From IMG/VR virus record IMGVR_UViG_2823577039_000003: a stretch of DNA of 64,000 nucleotides. The stretch is one strand, 5' to 3'. Each line of letters starts with the position of its first letter. Within the stretch, counting starts at the first letter, position 1. A program made the translations under genes and the position numbers. Origin of the DNA: an uncultured virus (IMG/VR IMGVR_UViG_2823577039_000003). Taxonomy: Duplodnaviria; Heunggongvirae; Uroviricota; Caudoviricetes. Positions 19,120-28,618 of this stretch are shown piece after piece. Below the pieces are notes generated by a model that had not been told where the DNA came from, did no database searches, and saw only the letters and a list, made by a program, of their open reading frames with translations.

Positions 19120-21402
19120 TCACACCTGTTCTTTGTATCCGCCACGACGCATNTTNGTGNNCANCTTNNTTTGTCCTTGNGNTTCAGACATAGGTCCAAA
19201 GATNGTCATAGTTTTACCAATACGACCATAGCCNTTGAAAACACCACGGTTAGTAAAAGCGAAAACGTGATACTTGTTAGAACTACCNCTACGGTTAGTA
19301 ATATATTCTACACGGTTAATTTTAATTCCCTTGTAGCGTTGCTTCAGAGCCTTTTTGACATTAGCGACATCTTGAGCGTTCTTAGGGTCAATGCGAGCCA
19401 TGGCTTCAAAGTTCTCAGCACCCCAAAGTCCACCAGAAGTTTCCACTAAATAGTTTTGGGCTTCGGTGTAATTAAGGAAAGTATCGCCGGGGCCTGCAAT
19501 CACACCAGTTGGTGGTGCCGACGCTGAGGAATATCCACTACCTGTGGGTGACATAGGTCCTGATGTTTCCCATTCTACGATACCATCATTCCAGACGGGA
19601 ATATCTTCAGCATCCNTGTTCTCATAGTATTCTTCTTGGAAAGCAGCCCAGTGATTACCACACATCTTTTCCAAATAATTGGCATACTCTTCAACCATAC
19701 CACCTGAGAAGGGAATATCTTCTGCAGATTTACGACCNGCCATAGCCTTGCGTGTCATACCACGCTTACCGTATTTCTTGGCACCAACCTTGTAAGCGGT
19801 GCGACGACCGATGTCATCAGCCTCTTCTTTGGACTTACCTTTATCTTGGTATTGCATAGAAATCTTATGAGCCAATTTATTAAAGTTGGATTCAGCCTTG
19901 TAAGTAAAGTAACCCTTGCGCTCTTTAGCCTTGAGTTTCTTAGTAGCAGCAGCCACGGCTGCGGCTTGGTCACGAGTGGTCATAACATCAAACAAACGAG
20001 GATTCTGGGCTAAGCCACCGTAGCCACCGAGGGCACGGAATACACCGTTGCCGTTGTCGTAAACAAAGACCATGTAAAACTTATTGGTATTAGCACCTTC
20101 CATACGCAGAGAATAAGGTCCCCAGACGCATTGTGAGTATTCAAAGTTAGGATCTATTTCATCACGAATAGCGGCACGAAGATTGGTTTTTTCACGGTTA
20201 AGATTAGGAGTAGCAGTAGAAGCAGCAGCGAAATGTTCTGCACTGCGAACCTCAAGGTTTTGATGTCCTGAATAGTTAAGTGAGGCTTGGTCAAAGTCAC
20301 CATGAATAGCACTGGAAGTGGCTAATTCGCCGGGGGTGAAACTACCTAATCCAGTGTCTTTACCGATNTCCATGAGNGCACCTCGGCCCGCATAAGGAGC
20401 NTTCATAGTTTTAGTTCCGCATCCACANCCACCGTGTTCACCAGCGAAATAATCATCACATTCAGCGCACATTAGTTTCTTTTCAGCAGCAAAATCTTCA
20501 GCCGATAACATAGTGCCACGGCTTTGAGCACGTTCTAATTGGTCGTAAGCAACACCTTGAGCAATTTTATGGGCCTGCCATCGGTTAGGACCCTTGTTCC
20601 AGAAGCCATCCTCATCCTGAACTGCTGGTTCACGGAAGAAGTCTTGTTTGGCTTCAGGGGTCCGCTTAGCGATACTCATGGGGCCATTAGGGAAAGCACC
20701 GATAACGGGNTCTACACCAATAACTCCAGTGCGGTAATAACCTTGCATTTGACGAGCAATTTGTTGTCCAATGAAATCTCGTTGAGCCGGAGACAGACTT
20801 TCGGCACTAAATATCTCAGCACCGCCGACNTAGGGTATAATATCCATATCTTCAGCATGGTATTTCTTAGGAACGTGGTCTTTGATAGAAGTAGGGCACT
20901 TAGTTGCACCAGTAGTTAAACTTAAGGAATATTTCTTGTTGCCTAATGGCGAAATTGTGCCACCAATACCACTACAACGCACAATCAATGGTGGTGTTTT
21001 AATAGATTCTACATATTCCGAGACAATAAGCATCAATTCTGCAGAATCATTTTTATCAGGAATGGTAGGGAACTCCACAGTTTGTCCATACTTNGTTTTN
21101 GTAACTAAATGCACACCTGCACGGCCTGTAGCNTCCCAATTGATTTCATCAAGAGTGTAAGGATCGCCATGATAAGTATTGTAATCTCCACCACGGAATC
21201 CTTTGTGGCGAGCCAAGTATCCAGCCTCATTATTGGCTGCTTTTTCATCCGCAGGGAAGTGAGCAACTAACTTAAACTCACCGATTTCGGCTCGGCCAGT
21301 TTGTTCTAAAACTTGGGGTAGCATTCTTAGGTCTACCATAGTTCCGAAAAGGAATCTAACAGATTGTAGTGGTAATTCAGTGACAACGGGGGCTTTAGCC
21401 AT
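19120..21402 (-). CDS. Multidomain (polyprotein-like) protein with two WGR-like domains
   Basis: NTNKFYMVFV..GGYGGLAQ..AATKKLKAKERKGY and SSNKYHVFAF..GYGRIGK..MRRGGY match the WGR pattern. Domains are bounded by xSAE/xKAE/xGAE motifs. Confidence 0.6.
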   Translation of the reverse strand: MAKAPVVTELPLQSVRFLFGTMVDLRMLPQVLEQTGRAEIGEFKLVAHFPADEKAANNEAGYLARHKGFRGGDYNTYHGDPYTLDEINWXATGRAGVHLVXKXKYGQTVEFPTIPDKNDSAELMLIVSEYVESIKTPPLIVRCSGIGGTISPLGNKKYSLSLTTGATKCPTSIKDHVPKKYHAEDMDIIPXVGGAEIFSAESLSPAQRDFIGQQIARQMQGYYRTGVIGVXPVIGAFPNGPMSIAKRTPEAKQDFFREPAVQDEDGFWNKGPNRWQAHKIAQGVAYDQLERAQSRGTMLSAEDFAAEKKLMCAECDDYFAGEHGXCGCGTKTMXAPYAGRGXLMXIGKDTGLGSFTPGELATSSAIHGDFDQASLNYSGHQNLEVRSAEHFAAASTATPNLNREKTNLRAAIRDEIDPNFEYSQCVWGPYSLRMEGANTNKFYMVFVYDNGNGVFRALGGYGGLAQNPRLFDVMTTRDQAAAVAAATKKLKAKERKGYFTYKAESNFNKLAHKISMQYQDKGKSKEEADDIGRRTAYKVGAKKYGKRGMTRKAMXGRKSAEDIPFSGGMVEEYANYLEKMCGNHWAAFQEEYYENXDAEDIPVWNDGIVEWETSGPMSPTGSGYSSASAPPTGVIAGPGDTFLNYTEAQNYLVETSGGLWGAENFEAMARIDPKNAQDVANVKKALKQRYKGIKINRVEYITNRXGSSNKYHVFAFTNRGVFXGYGRIGKTMXIFGPMSEXQGQXKXXXXMRRGGYKEQV

Positions 21403-21438
21403 GTGTATATTTAGGCTACGCCGCTATATATACTTTTC

Positions 21439-22821
21439 TCAACCATAGAAAATGTCAGTTTCAGATTTATCTTCTTTCCGACTACGCCCTCTTTCTTTGG
21501 CAATCATAGTTCTCATCTCAGTTAATTCTTTGTGAGCCTGATCGAAAATGTCTTGAGTAATAATTTTATCTTGGTCGGCAGAAAGCATAATAGCAATATT
21601 TACTAACTCTCTCAGATAGGCACCAGACCAACCATCAGTCTTTTTTACCATTGACTTCAAATCCAAAGCATCAGTGCGACACTTATCTAAATATTTTTCT
21701 AAAATCAGGGCACGGGCAGCCACATCAGGGTGGTCAAAATTAACACGGATGTCAAATCTGCCGGGTCTGTCGGCCAAAGCCCAGTCTAAATGATTGGCAT
21801 AATTTGTGGTGGCCAAAGTGATGACACCTTCATTCTTTTCAACACCTGCCAAACAATTTAGGAACTCTCCTAAGAGTGGGTGGTCACCTTGCTCACGGTC
21901 AATTCCACCGAGAGTATCAATATCTTCTACCACTACCAAAGATGGTGCTAATTTTCTGGCTAAGCCATAGATTTCATCAATTTGTCCTCGTTCTTGAATG
22001 GCATTTCGGGAAACATAAACAATGGTGCATTCTTTACACAAGTTAATAAGAATACTACAACACAGGGTTTTTCCAGTTCCGGGTGGACCTAATAAAAGTA
22101 ATCCACGACTGGTTCTCATCCCTAATTCTTTATAATCATCTAAACGATCCAAGAAGTTAATAGCATGGCGGTCAATCATGGCTTGCTGGTCTTTGGTAAG
22201 AACAATGTCATCCCAATCCATTTTAGGAACTTCCAAAAAGGTATAATCAGCGTTAATGACAGCGTTTTTGTAAATACCTTCAGTCTTAAAATGATTAGAT
22301 ACTTCATCCATAAACTCTACATGATTATAATTAGAGTTGGTGCTAAAGTAAACTCGGCAATCAATTTCATACATATCATAGGGATAAAAATATAATACCA
22401 AAGGATGTCCATCTTCACGGTGTCGTAAAAATCTGGTTTGTCGGTGTGGAACTTTAATTATTTTTTCTGTGCCATCACGACTTCTTACTTTTTCATCTAA
22501 GTATACTGGGTTGGCCTCGGCAGTGCCACGGCCATTGTAGGAACATACCTTTTCTACTTCATAATACTTTTCACAAACAGTCATTAAACTATGTGCCCAA
22601 CCAACATAAGAACGTCCACTATATTCTAATTGTTTAGACTCTACATAACCATCACTATGAGTAGAAAGAATAAACTCATCTATTTGCCGATCAACCATAT
22701 CGTGTCCAGTGTTATGATTAATGTATAACATAGCGTCTTTAACAGACTCTACATCTATATCTATTCCAGCGATGTTTAAGGGTGGGGCGATAATTTTAGT
22801 AGGCTTGTCAGGACTGGACAT
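21439..22821 (-). CDS. Classical AAA ATPase (single AAA domain, Cdc48/PAN/FtsH-like clade)
   Basis: Walker A GPPGTGKT, Walker B VVVEDID and SRH ATTNYANHLDWALADRPGRFD. Start MSSPDK follows the variant promoter at 22841-22851. Confidence 0.9.
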   Translation of the reverse strand: MSSPDKPTKIIAPPLNIAGIDIDVESVKDAMLYINHNTGHDMVDRQIDEFILSTHSDGYVESKQLEYSGRSYVGWAHSLMTVCEKYYEVEKVCSYNGRGTAEANPVYLDEKVRSRDGTEKIIKVPHRQTRFLRHREDGHPLVLYFYPYDMYEIDCRVYFSTNSNYNHVEFMDEVSNHFKTEGIYKNAVINADYTFLEVPKMDWDDIVLTKDQQAMIDRHAINFLDRLDDYKELGMRTSRGLLLLGPPGTGKTLCCSILINLCKECTIVYVSRNAIQERGQIDEIYGLARKLAPSLVVVEDIDTLGGIDREQGDHPLLGEFLNCLAGVEKNEGVITLATTNYANHLDWALADRPGRFDIRVNFDHPDVAARALILEKYLDKCRTDALDLKSMVKKTDGWSGAYLRELVNIAIMLSADQDKIITQDIFDQAHKELTEMRTMIAKERGRSRKEDKSETDIFYG

Positions 22822-22840
22822 ATTGTATAGTTTGGTCATC

Positions 22841-22851
22841 ACCTATATGTA
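22841..22851 (-). promoter_or_regulatory. Variant promoter TACATATAGGT
   Basis: 19 nt spacer to ATG 22821. The same TACATATAG variant occurs at 10990, 26025 and 44379. Confidence 0.65.
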
Positions 22852-22878
22852 GGTATCAGGTTTCCAAAATAACTGTAA

Positions 22879-23778
22879 TCAATCTATTTCAATTGACACT
22901 GGATTGGTAGAAGCGGTTAAACGATAGGTAGTTATATCGTGCCACTCCTCATCAGTTATATCATCTGGTTGTTGCCAGTCGGCTAAAGGACCCCAATAAG
23001 TTAGATAATTGGATTTCAAATCGGCATCACATTTATCTCGGGCTTCATCACCATAGAGATCTTGCCATGGGTTTTGACCTTTGTCAAAGTAATCTTCATC
23101 ATGCTGTCGGTAGACACCAACGAAATCATTTTGGTAAGATAAATATACTTTGTCATCCTGACGGGCATCACCACAAAGATGATACCACAATAATTGGTCT
23201 TCTCCTAACCAGACTTCTTCTAAGAATCCACCAACTTCCTCAAAGCGTGAACGACGCACTGCGACACTGCTTGGAAAAATAATGGCATCTAAGCGAAAGT
23301 GTAAACCATGATATTTAGGGTTCCATGTAGGGTGATGAGGGTGATAATTGAAGTTTTTGGCAGATTCAAAAGTATTACCACGGGTAGTAGTAAACTTAAT
23401 AGTTACATCGCCAGCGTTCCACCATAAAACATGGTCTTCACTGGTTGTAGTAATACAACCTTGTAACTCAGCCAAATGCTCGGGATACCAATAATCATCT
23501 CCGTCTAACCATGCAATAAAGGGTGAACTACCTAAAGTTACGGCTTCATTACGGGCTTGGGAAACTCCAGTTCCAGATTGTCGGAAATAATTAAACCGGG
23601 GATGGTTATCATATTCTTCAACAAGTTGCATACAACCAGCGTAAGTGTCGGCATCAGTAGGTGTGCCATCAACAACCCAAACAGTGTAGTCATTTAAACT
23701 CTGTGCGAAGACAGAATCTACACAACGTTTGAACAATGCTGGGTCAATCCGATAGATCGGAATGATGACATCAAACAT
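22879..23778 (-). CDS. Glycosyltransferase family 2 (GT-A fold)
   Basis: Motifs DVIIPIY, VVDG, GVSQARNEAV, AWLDGDD (DxD), and FEEVGGF..GED. Confidence 0.9.
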   Translation of the reverse strand: MFDVIIPIYRIDPALFKRCVDSVFAQSLNDYTVWVVDGTPTDADTYAGCMQLVEEYDNHPRFNYFRQSGTGVSQARNEAVTLGSSPFIAWLDGDDYWYPEHLAELQGCITTTSEDHVLWWNAGDVTIKFTTTRGNTFESAKNFNYHPHHPTWNPKYHGLHFRLDAIIFPSSVAVRRSRFEEVGGFLEEVWLGEDQLLWYHLCGDARQDDKVYLSYQNDFVGVYRQHDEDYFDKGQNPWQDLYGDEARDKCDADLKSNYLTYWGPLADWQQPDDITDEEWHDITTYRLTASTNPVSIEID

Positions 23779-23803
23779 AATCTGTGCTTAGCGAACCACT
23801 TAC

Positions 23804-24010
23804 TTAACTCTTTGCTACCAGATGGTCATGAATACCATTAGCAACTAAGTTACAGCCGATACTAAAGGTGACTAACCCGAGCAGTGCAAGGGAAATGTGT
23901 CCTCTAATCTGTGAACCTTTAAACTGTTCAGCGACTAACTTCTCAGCGTGATAAGCAGTTAAAGCAGTGCCGACACATATCAGAACGACTCCAGTATTAG
24001 TGGAAGTCAT
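23804..24010 (-). CDS. Small 2-TM membrane protein (start uncertain: 24010, 24022 or 24031)
   Basis: Two hydrophobic segments. Confidence 0.45.
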   Translation of the reverse strand: MTSTNTGVVLICVGTALTAYHAEKLVAEQFKGSQIRGHISLALLGLVTFSIGCNLVANGIHDHLVAKS

Positions 24011-24096
24011 CTTCAATTGCATTGGCAACACCTAACGCTTTCGCTTGACCGTCATACTCCCAGAGGGAGAATCACTCGGAAAAGGCGAGGTTACGC

Positions 24097-24729
24097 TTAA
24101 GCCTGTGCTTGAAGTAGGCTTCGCTTATACCAGTCTACGTTTCCGGGGTTGATACTGATTCCCATCTCCAACAACTTGTTAGCGATAAGTGCATCTGGAC
24201 CGTCGTAAAGTGTGTATTTAACGAAACACATTAGTTCACCAGCAACTGATGTTCCTGCTGCGAAAGCACCTGCGTTGTAGAAAGTTACCAAAACGTCCCA
24301 AACTTGACCCGGTAGGACGTAAACGTCTGGGTAAAGGTTGAAAGCAGGTTGGAAATCAATACTGCGTGGGTAAGGGCTTGCTGCACCGGGGATACCATCG
24401 TTAGGGATGTTATCTGGGTCAAGGAAATAATCGGTTGTGTTGATTCTTACTTGGACGTAGGAACGAGGACCTGCAATACCAGCGGTTCCTGCTGCTCCGT
24501 CTATGATCAATCCACGGATAACAGTGTCTGCTGTGATACCAGCCCAGCAACCCAAAGTGGGTGTGGTTGCGATATCTTCAATAACAACGAACTCTGTTGC
24601 AGTGGTTTCCGCAGGCTTTGTGATGTTGTTACCAACGCCACCGACGAAAATTGATGTTCTTTGACCGACAACTGTTGATACGGTCATTCCTGTGCTGTCC
24701 CATTCATATACTTGGCTTCTCATTGACAT
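24097..24729 (-). CDS. Candidate major capsid protein (family A)
   Basis: Strong SD AGGAG; codon usage appears rich in AAC/TTC/TAC. Beta-rich core with a helical C-terminus. Tandem paralogue upstream and two more paralogues at 7747-10661. Confidence 0.55.
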   Translation of the reverse strand: MSMRSQVYEWDSTGMTVSTVVGQRTSIFVGGVGNNITKPAETTATEFVVIEDIATTPTLGCWAGITADTVIRGLIIDGAAGTAGIAGPRSYVQVRINTTDYFLDPDNIPNDGIPGAASPYPRSIDFQPAFNLYPDVYVLPGQVWDVLVTFYNAGAFAAGTSVAGELMCFVKYTLYDGPDALIANKLLEMGISINPGNVDWYKRSLLQAQA

Positions 24730-24772
24730 ATTTTTTCAACTCCTATTAAAGTGTTTAAATCGGGGTCTCCGA

Positions 24773-25438
24773 TTAAGCCTGACCTCCAGCGGCTGCAGCG
24801 ACACGAGAGCGTTGCTGTTGTTCAATCAGGGAACGCTTATACCAGTCAACGTTGTTTGGGTTGATGGTGACACCAAGTTCCAAAAGTTTGTTAGCGATAA
24901 GAGCGTCTGGTCCGTCATATAGAGTGTATTTAACGAAGCAAGAAACAACTTCAGTGGATGTAGCATCTGTTGAAGTAGTTCCGACACTTGTAGTGTAAAG
25001 AATCTGGAAAGTCTGACCGGGTAGAACGTAAACGTCTGGGTAAAGGTCAAAAGACTTCAAGATGTTCTGTGAACCAACTGAGGACGCTGTAACTGAAGTT
25101 AGGTCCAGAGTGGAGTTTGCACCACGAGGGTATGGACTTGCCAGACCGGGGATACCATCCATGTTGGTAACGTCGGGGTTCTGGAAGTAATCTGTTGTGT
25201 TGATTCTGATTTGAACAGCACCAGAAAGAACTGGGCTTGCTGCAATATCTTCAATCACAATAAATTATGTGGCGGTTGTTTCTGCGGGCTTGGTGATGTT
25301 GTTTCCAATTCCACCTGTGAAAATATCGTATTCACGGTTAGCAGTTACTTGAACTGGCTGATCGGTGGAAAGACGGCGAAGTTGATTCGCACTTGTCTGA
25401 AGGTTACTCCATTCGTATACTTGGCTTCTCATTGACAT
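24773..25438 (-). CDS. Candidate major capsid protein (family A) interrupted by an in-frame TAA at 25265-25267
   Basis: ATG 25438 (MSMRSQVYEWSN) has SD GGAGGT and reads GGIGNNITKPAETTAT*FIVIEDIA. The paralogue reads GGVGNNITKPAETTATEFVVIEDIA, so the stop replaces Glu (GAA to TAA). Confidence 0.7.
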
Positions 25439-25482
25439 AATATCTTACCTCCCTTATCGGGATAGTTTATGTTTTGTTTTTT

Positions 25483-25493
25483 GACTATATAAA
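25483..25493 (-). promoter_or_regulatory. TATA promoter TTTATATAGTC of the candidate capsid operon (leadered, SD GGAGGT)
   Basis: 44 nt spacer to ATG 25438. Confidence 0.7.
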
Positions 25494-25522
25494 TCTTTGC
25501 ACTATTTTTGCGATTTGTAAGG

Positions 25523-26005
25523 TCAATCCTCAACATATTGTTCTTGTAAGAGTTCAATATAGTTATTACTTTCGGGAGTTCTTAGTTCTGCGATTACCCA
25601 CCAGACATCATTATCCTTGTCTACTAACCAATTAACAGATTTATATTTAGTATTATTGTCAGTGCTGACTACGGTTTTCCATTGATAGGGTCGGTAAGAA
25701 CTAACATCCGCATTTGATTTAGCGATTTCGTTGTAAAACTTTAGGATTTGTTCCTTAGCCCGTTGTGCCTCTACAGAACCTCCTCTGTCTCCACTAACAA
25801 AACTACTATCTGAATAAGACCACGATAATCCACATTCATCGCAAGCCGAGGGCATAATGTTGGGGTTAGAACAAGTTAGGTAATGTTGGCCGGTATATGC
25901 TTCGCCCGGATCTAAACCGTCGGTTTCAGTCTCACCACCGACAAAAAAGGCTTTGCCAGTCATACCTCCGGGTGAACTGCGGAGAAAATTAATAACTCCC
26001 GACAT
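25523..26005 (-). CDS. Hypothetical protein with CxxC
   Basis: Contains CDECG. Start MSGVIN follows the variant promoter at 26025-26035. Confidence 0.55.
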   Translation of the reverse strand: MSGVINFLRSSPGGMTGKAFFVGGETETDGLDPGEAYTGQHYLTCSNPNIMPSACDECGLSWSYSDSSFVSGDRGGSVEAQRAKEQILKFYNEIAKSNADVSSYRPYQWKTVVSTDNNTKYKSVNWLVDKDNDVWWVIAELRTPESNNYIELLQEQYVED

Positions 26006-26036
26006 ATTATAAATATAGTTAGACAACTATATGTAT

Positions 26037-26279
26037 TTATTCTTCTTTAGGATAATACTTGTTAGCGATATCCAAACCTTCCATGAGTCCAAAGCCACAA
26101 GCCACAGTCATAATTCCGAAAACTGCAATTTGTTTCATTTGACTATAACGAATACCATTAGCGACTCCAAGGATTCCTCCGAGAGCACCAACTAAAGAAC
26201 CAGTGTAAACTAAAGAATCAATAGAAGTCAAACCCATTTCTTGATAATAGGCTACAGGATTGTTAATCATTGATACCAC
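26037..26279 (-). CDS. Small 2-TM membrane protein
   Basis: Gly-rich hydrophobic hairpin. Confidence 0.55.
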   Translation of the reverse strand: MVSMINNPVAYYQEMGLTSIDSLVYTGSLVGALGGILGVANGIRYSQMKQIAVFGIMTVACGFGLMEGLDIANKYYPKEE

Positions 26280-26551
26280 TCCGCTTCTTCTTCATCATAA
26301 TCAAAACTCATAAGTTCTAACTCATGAAGTGGTCCGACGGGTTGAAAAGGACGGTGGGCATTAAGTTTAGTAAGACCGTAGAATAATCCACCAGTCATAA
26401 GAGCGTAAAGAGTAATATTTTTATAATCCATAGCACGAATAGATTGAATAGTAAGATACATACCACTAATCATACCAGCATAGATAGTAAAAACACCTAC
26501 ACCACGAACTATTTCGCCAACGAAATTGTCGGCTTGTGAGATAATTTCCAT
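26267..26551 (-). CDS. Small 2-TM membrane protein
   Basis: Hydrophobic hairpin with an acidic tail; SD AGGTGG. Confidence 0.55.
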   Translation of the reverse strand: MEIISQADNFVGEIVRGVGVFTIYAGMISGMYLTIQSIRAMDYKNITLYALMTGGLFYGLTKLNAHRPFQPVGPLHELELMSFDYDEEEAEWYQ

Positions 26552-26560
26552 GGAACCACC

Positions 26561-27115
26561 TTAGTAGCCCATAGCGGAATAAAGTTCCTTAGCCTTGGCC
26601 ATGTTGCCTTTTGCTTCAGCGACACAGGATCGCCATGCTTGTTGCTTAGGTGTGCCAGACTTTGAAGGTGCGGCTTCCATAGCATTAAGAACCATTTCTT
26701 CAGCAGCATATTCTTCATCAGAGATACCGCCTTCAGCAGCCATTGGAACTACTTCAGGAGTAGGTTGGGCTGCAGTTTGGATTTGGTCACGGAAATCACC
26801 AGCAACATCAGAAACTCTTTCTTCAACTACATCGTAAACATCGCTTACGACTGGTAGTTTAGTGAGTTCACCGAGAACTGGTGTTCGGCGGAACTTGCCC
26901 ATAAGAACAGCAAGTCCAAGAGTGGCAGGAACTACTCCAAGAATGCGGCCAACAGTGACGGATGCACCGCCAACTACTGGGATAGCAGATGGAATAGTTG
27001 TAACTTGGTAAGAAAGGATGTCAGCAAAACGAGTGCTAAAGAAACCAAAACCAACGAGCAGGAGAGACCCTCCGACAGTGTATTCATTAACAATTAGATT
27101 TCGCATACTTAACAT
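26561..27115 (-). CDS. Membrane protein family C (N-terminal hydrophobic hairpin)
   Basis: IVNxxTVGxSL..IPV..xGRIL.VVPxxLGL is shared with 27138..27497 and 40280..40582. SD AGGAG; MAAE and YAAE motifs. Confidence 0.6.
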   Translation of the reverse strand: MLSMRNLIVNEYTVGGSLLLVGFGFFSTRFADILSYQVTTIPSAIPVVGGASVTVGRILGVVPATLGLAVLMGKFRRTPVLGELTKLPVVSDVYDVVEERVSDVAGDFRDQIQTAAQPTPEVVPMAAEGGISDEEYAAEEMVLNAMEAAPSKSGTPKQQAWRSCVAEAKGNMAKAKELYSAMGY

Positions 27116-27137
27116 CTCCTATTAAAGTGTGTTAACC

Positions 27138-27497
27138 TTACTCGTTCCATTCAGCGGAGCCGTAGTAAGTAGGAACGCCACGTCCACCGTAAACGGTAGA
27201 GTCTTCGCCCCAGTTGGCTTCGTTAGGATCGATGTATGCGCCTTCTGCTGCGGATTCATCAGCGATGTCTCCCAAGAATGGGATATCAAAGCCACCGTAG
27301 ACACGGGCTAATGTCACAAGTCCAACGGACAATGGGACGACATACATTACGGTGCCGAGACTGACATTAATTACGGGAATGGTATAGTCCATTACGTTAC
27401 TAAACATTCCACCTACAAGGCCAGCAGCACCGACGACTGTTAGAGATGCTCCAACAGTAAGCGGGTTTACAATAAAGTTCATTATTTGGTTCAACAT
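27138..27497 (-). CDS. Membrane protein family C
   Basis: Paralogue of 26561..27115 ending in NWGEDSTVYGGRGVPTYYGSAE. Leadered promoter at 27537-27547 plus SD AGGAG. Confidence 0.6.
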   Translation of the reverse strand: MLNQIMNFIVNPLTVGASLTVVGAAGLVGGMFSNVMDYTIPVINVSLGTVMYVVPLSVGLVTLARVYGGFDIPFLGDIADESAAEGAYIDPNEANWGEDSTVYGGRGVPTYYGSAEWNE

Positions 27498-27550
27498 ATT
27501 TTTTACTCTCCTGAGTTATTTTATTCTTTTCTTTTCCACTATATATAGTT

Positions 27551-28588
27551 TTACATCTGTCCGAGAACAGATCCGTTTCCTTCACCAATGTGGTGAGAAA
27601 GGGTCCCTACTGCATTTTGCTCGGCAGAGCCATACCATTGTATAGGTGTTTTGCTGCCGGGGCTGACGACACGGACGGATGCCAGTGGGTTCATATCTGT
27701 GTCAGCAGTAGTGAATGGTTTAAAGTATTCTGGGGCTTGAACGTTTGCCGAAGCAGATTGTTCAACCATTGGCTCTTCAGCCGCATAGTGCACAGGAGGT
27801 GCGTAAGCATTTCCACCTGCATACTTAGTAGTTACAAACATATTACTCTTGTTCATGTTTTGAGCACGAAGTCCCATAGTATCTACAGAAGAAACATAAT
27901 CAGCCGCCATCATATCGGTAGGATTCATAGTAGCAGAAGATTCGCTAACTCCACCGAAGTTTTGGTCAACTCCACCAGTAGGTGCAAACTCAGCACCAAA
28001 CCACTGGTCAGGTCCGTGACCCAATGGAGATAGTTCTACAACAGAGGCAACTGCATCAGAAGCAGGAACACGGTCTACCATATCAACAGTCATGTTTTCA
28101 AAGTCCCATGCAGGACCTCCATCACCGGGGTAGCCAGAAGAACCTTCAGTTAGTTCTTCAGCATTCTTAATATCTGAAAAAGAGTGAAGTGCAGTTTCTT
28201 GTCCGATAACACTACCGCTACCAGATTGAGGAAGGTATTCTTCAGCCGAGTAACGACCAACCATAGATCCCAAACGAGGTGAAATCATAGTAGCCGCCTG
28301 AACCACAGCCGAAAGCACCAAAGCAGTTCCAGCGTAATTCATTCCCTTTCCATAGTTGTCAAAACGACTGCGGGAAGAAACGATAAGGTAACCACCAAGT
28401 CCAGCAGTTCCCAGTGTGCGACCTACTTCAGCAAGAGGTCCCAAACGGTAGAATGGAATGTAAGTTAAAAGTCCACCGATGAAAGCACCAGACATAAGTC
28501 CAATAACGCCTGCATAAGTAGAACTATCTGTAAGAACCTCAAAGGAATCTTCTACATCGGGTTGAGATTGTGAGTATTGCATTACCAT
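27551..28588 (-). CDS. 3-TM protein with a low-complexity xAE-repeat C-terminal region
   Basis: Three hydrophobic segments, then YSAE, KNAE, WFGAE, YAAE and WYGSAE. Start is 28582 or 28588. Confidence 0.6.
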   Translation of the reverse strand: MVMQYSQSQPDVEDSFEVLTDSSTYAGVIGLMSGAFIGGLLTYIPFYRLGPLAEVGRTLGTAGLGGYLIVSSRSRFDNYGKGMNYAGTALVLSAVVQAATMISPRLGSMVGRYSAEEYLPQSGSGSVIGQETALHSFSDIKNAEELTEGSSGYPGDGGPAWDFENMTVDMVDRVPASDAVASVVELSPLGHGPDQWFGAEFAPTGGVDQNFGGVSESSATMNPTDMMAADYVSSVDTMGLRAQNMNKSNMFVTTKYAGGNAYAPPVHYAAEEPMVEQSASANVQAPEYFKPFTTADTDMNPLASVRVVSPGSKTPIQWYGSAEQNAVGTLSHHIGEGNGSVLGQM

Positions 28589-28618
28589 ATTGTTCACCTA
28601 ACGACTATTTATATTTAT

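Noticed and set aside
25265..25267. Genome-wide stop-codon reassignment
   Set aside because: TAA, TGA and TAG all terminate genes normally elsewhere, and coding density is already near complete with the standard code.
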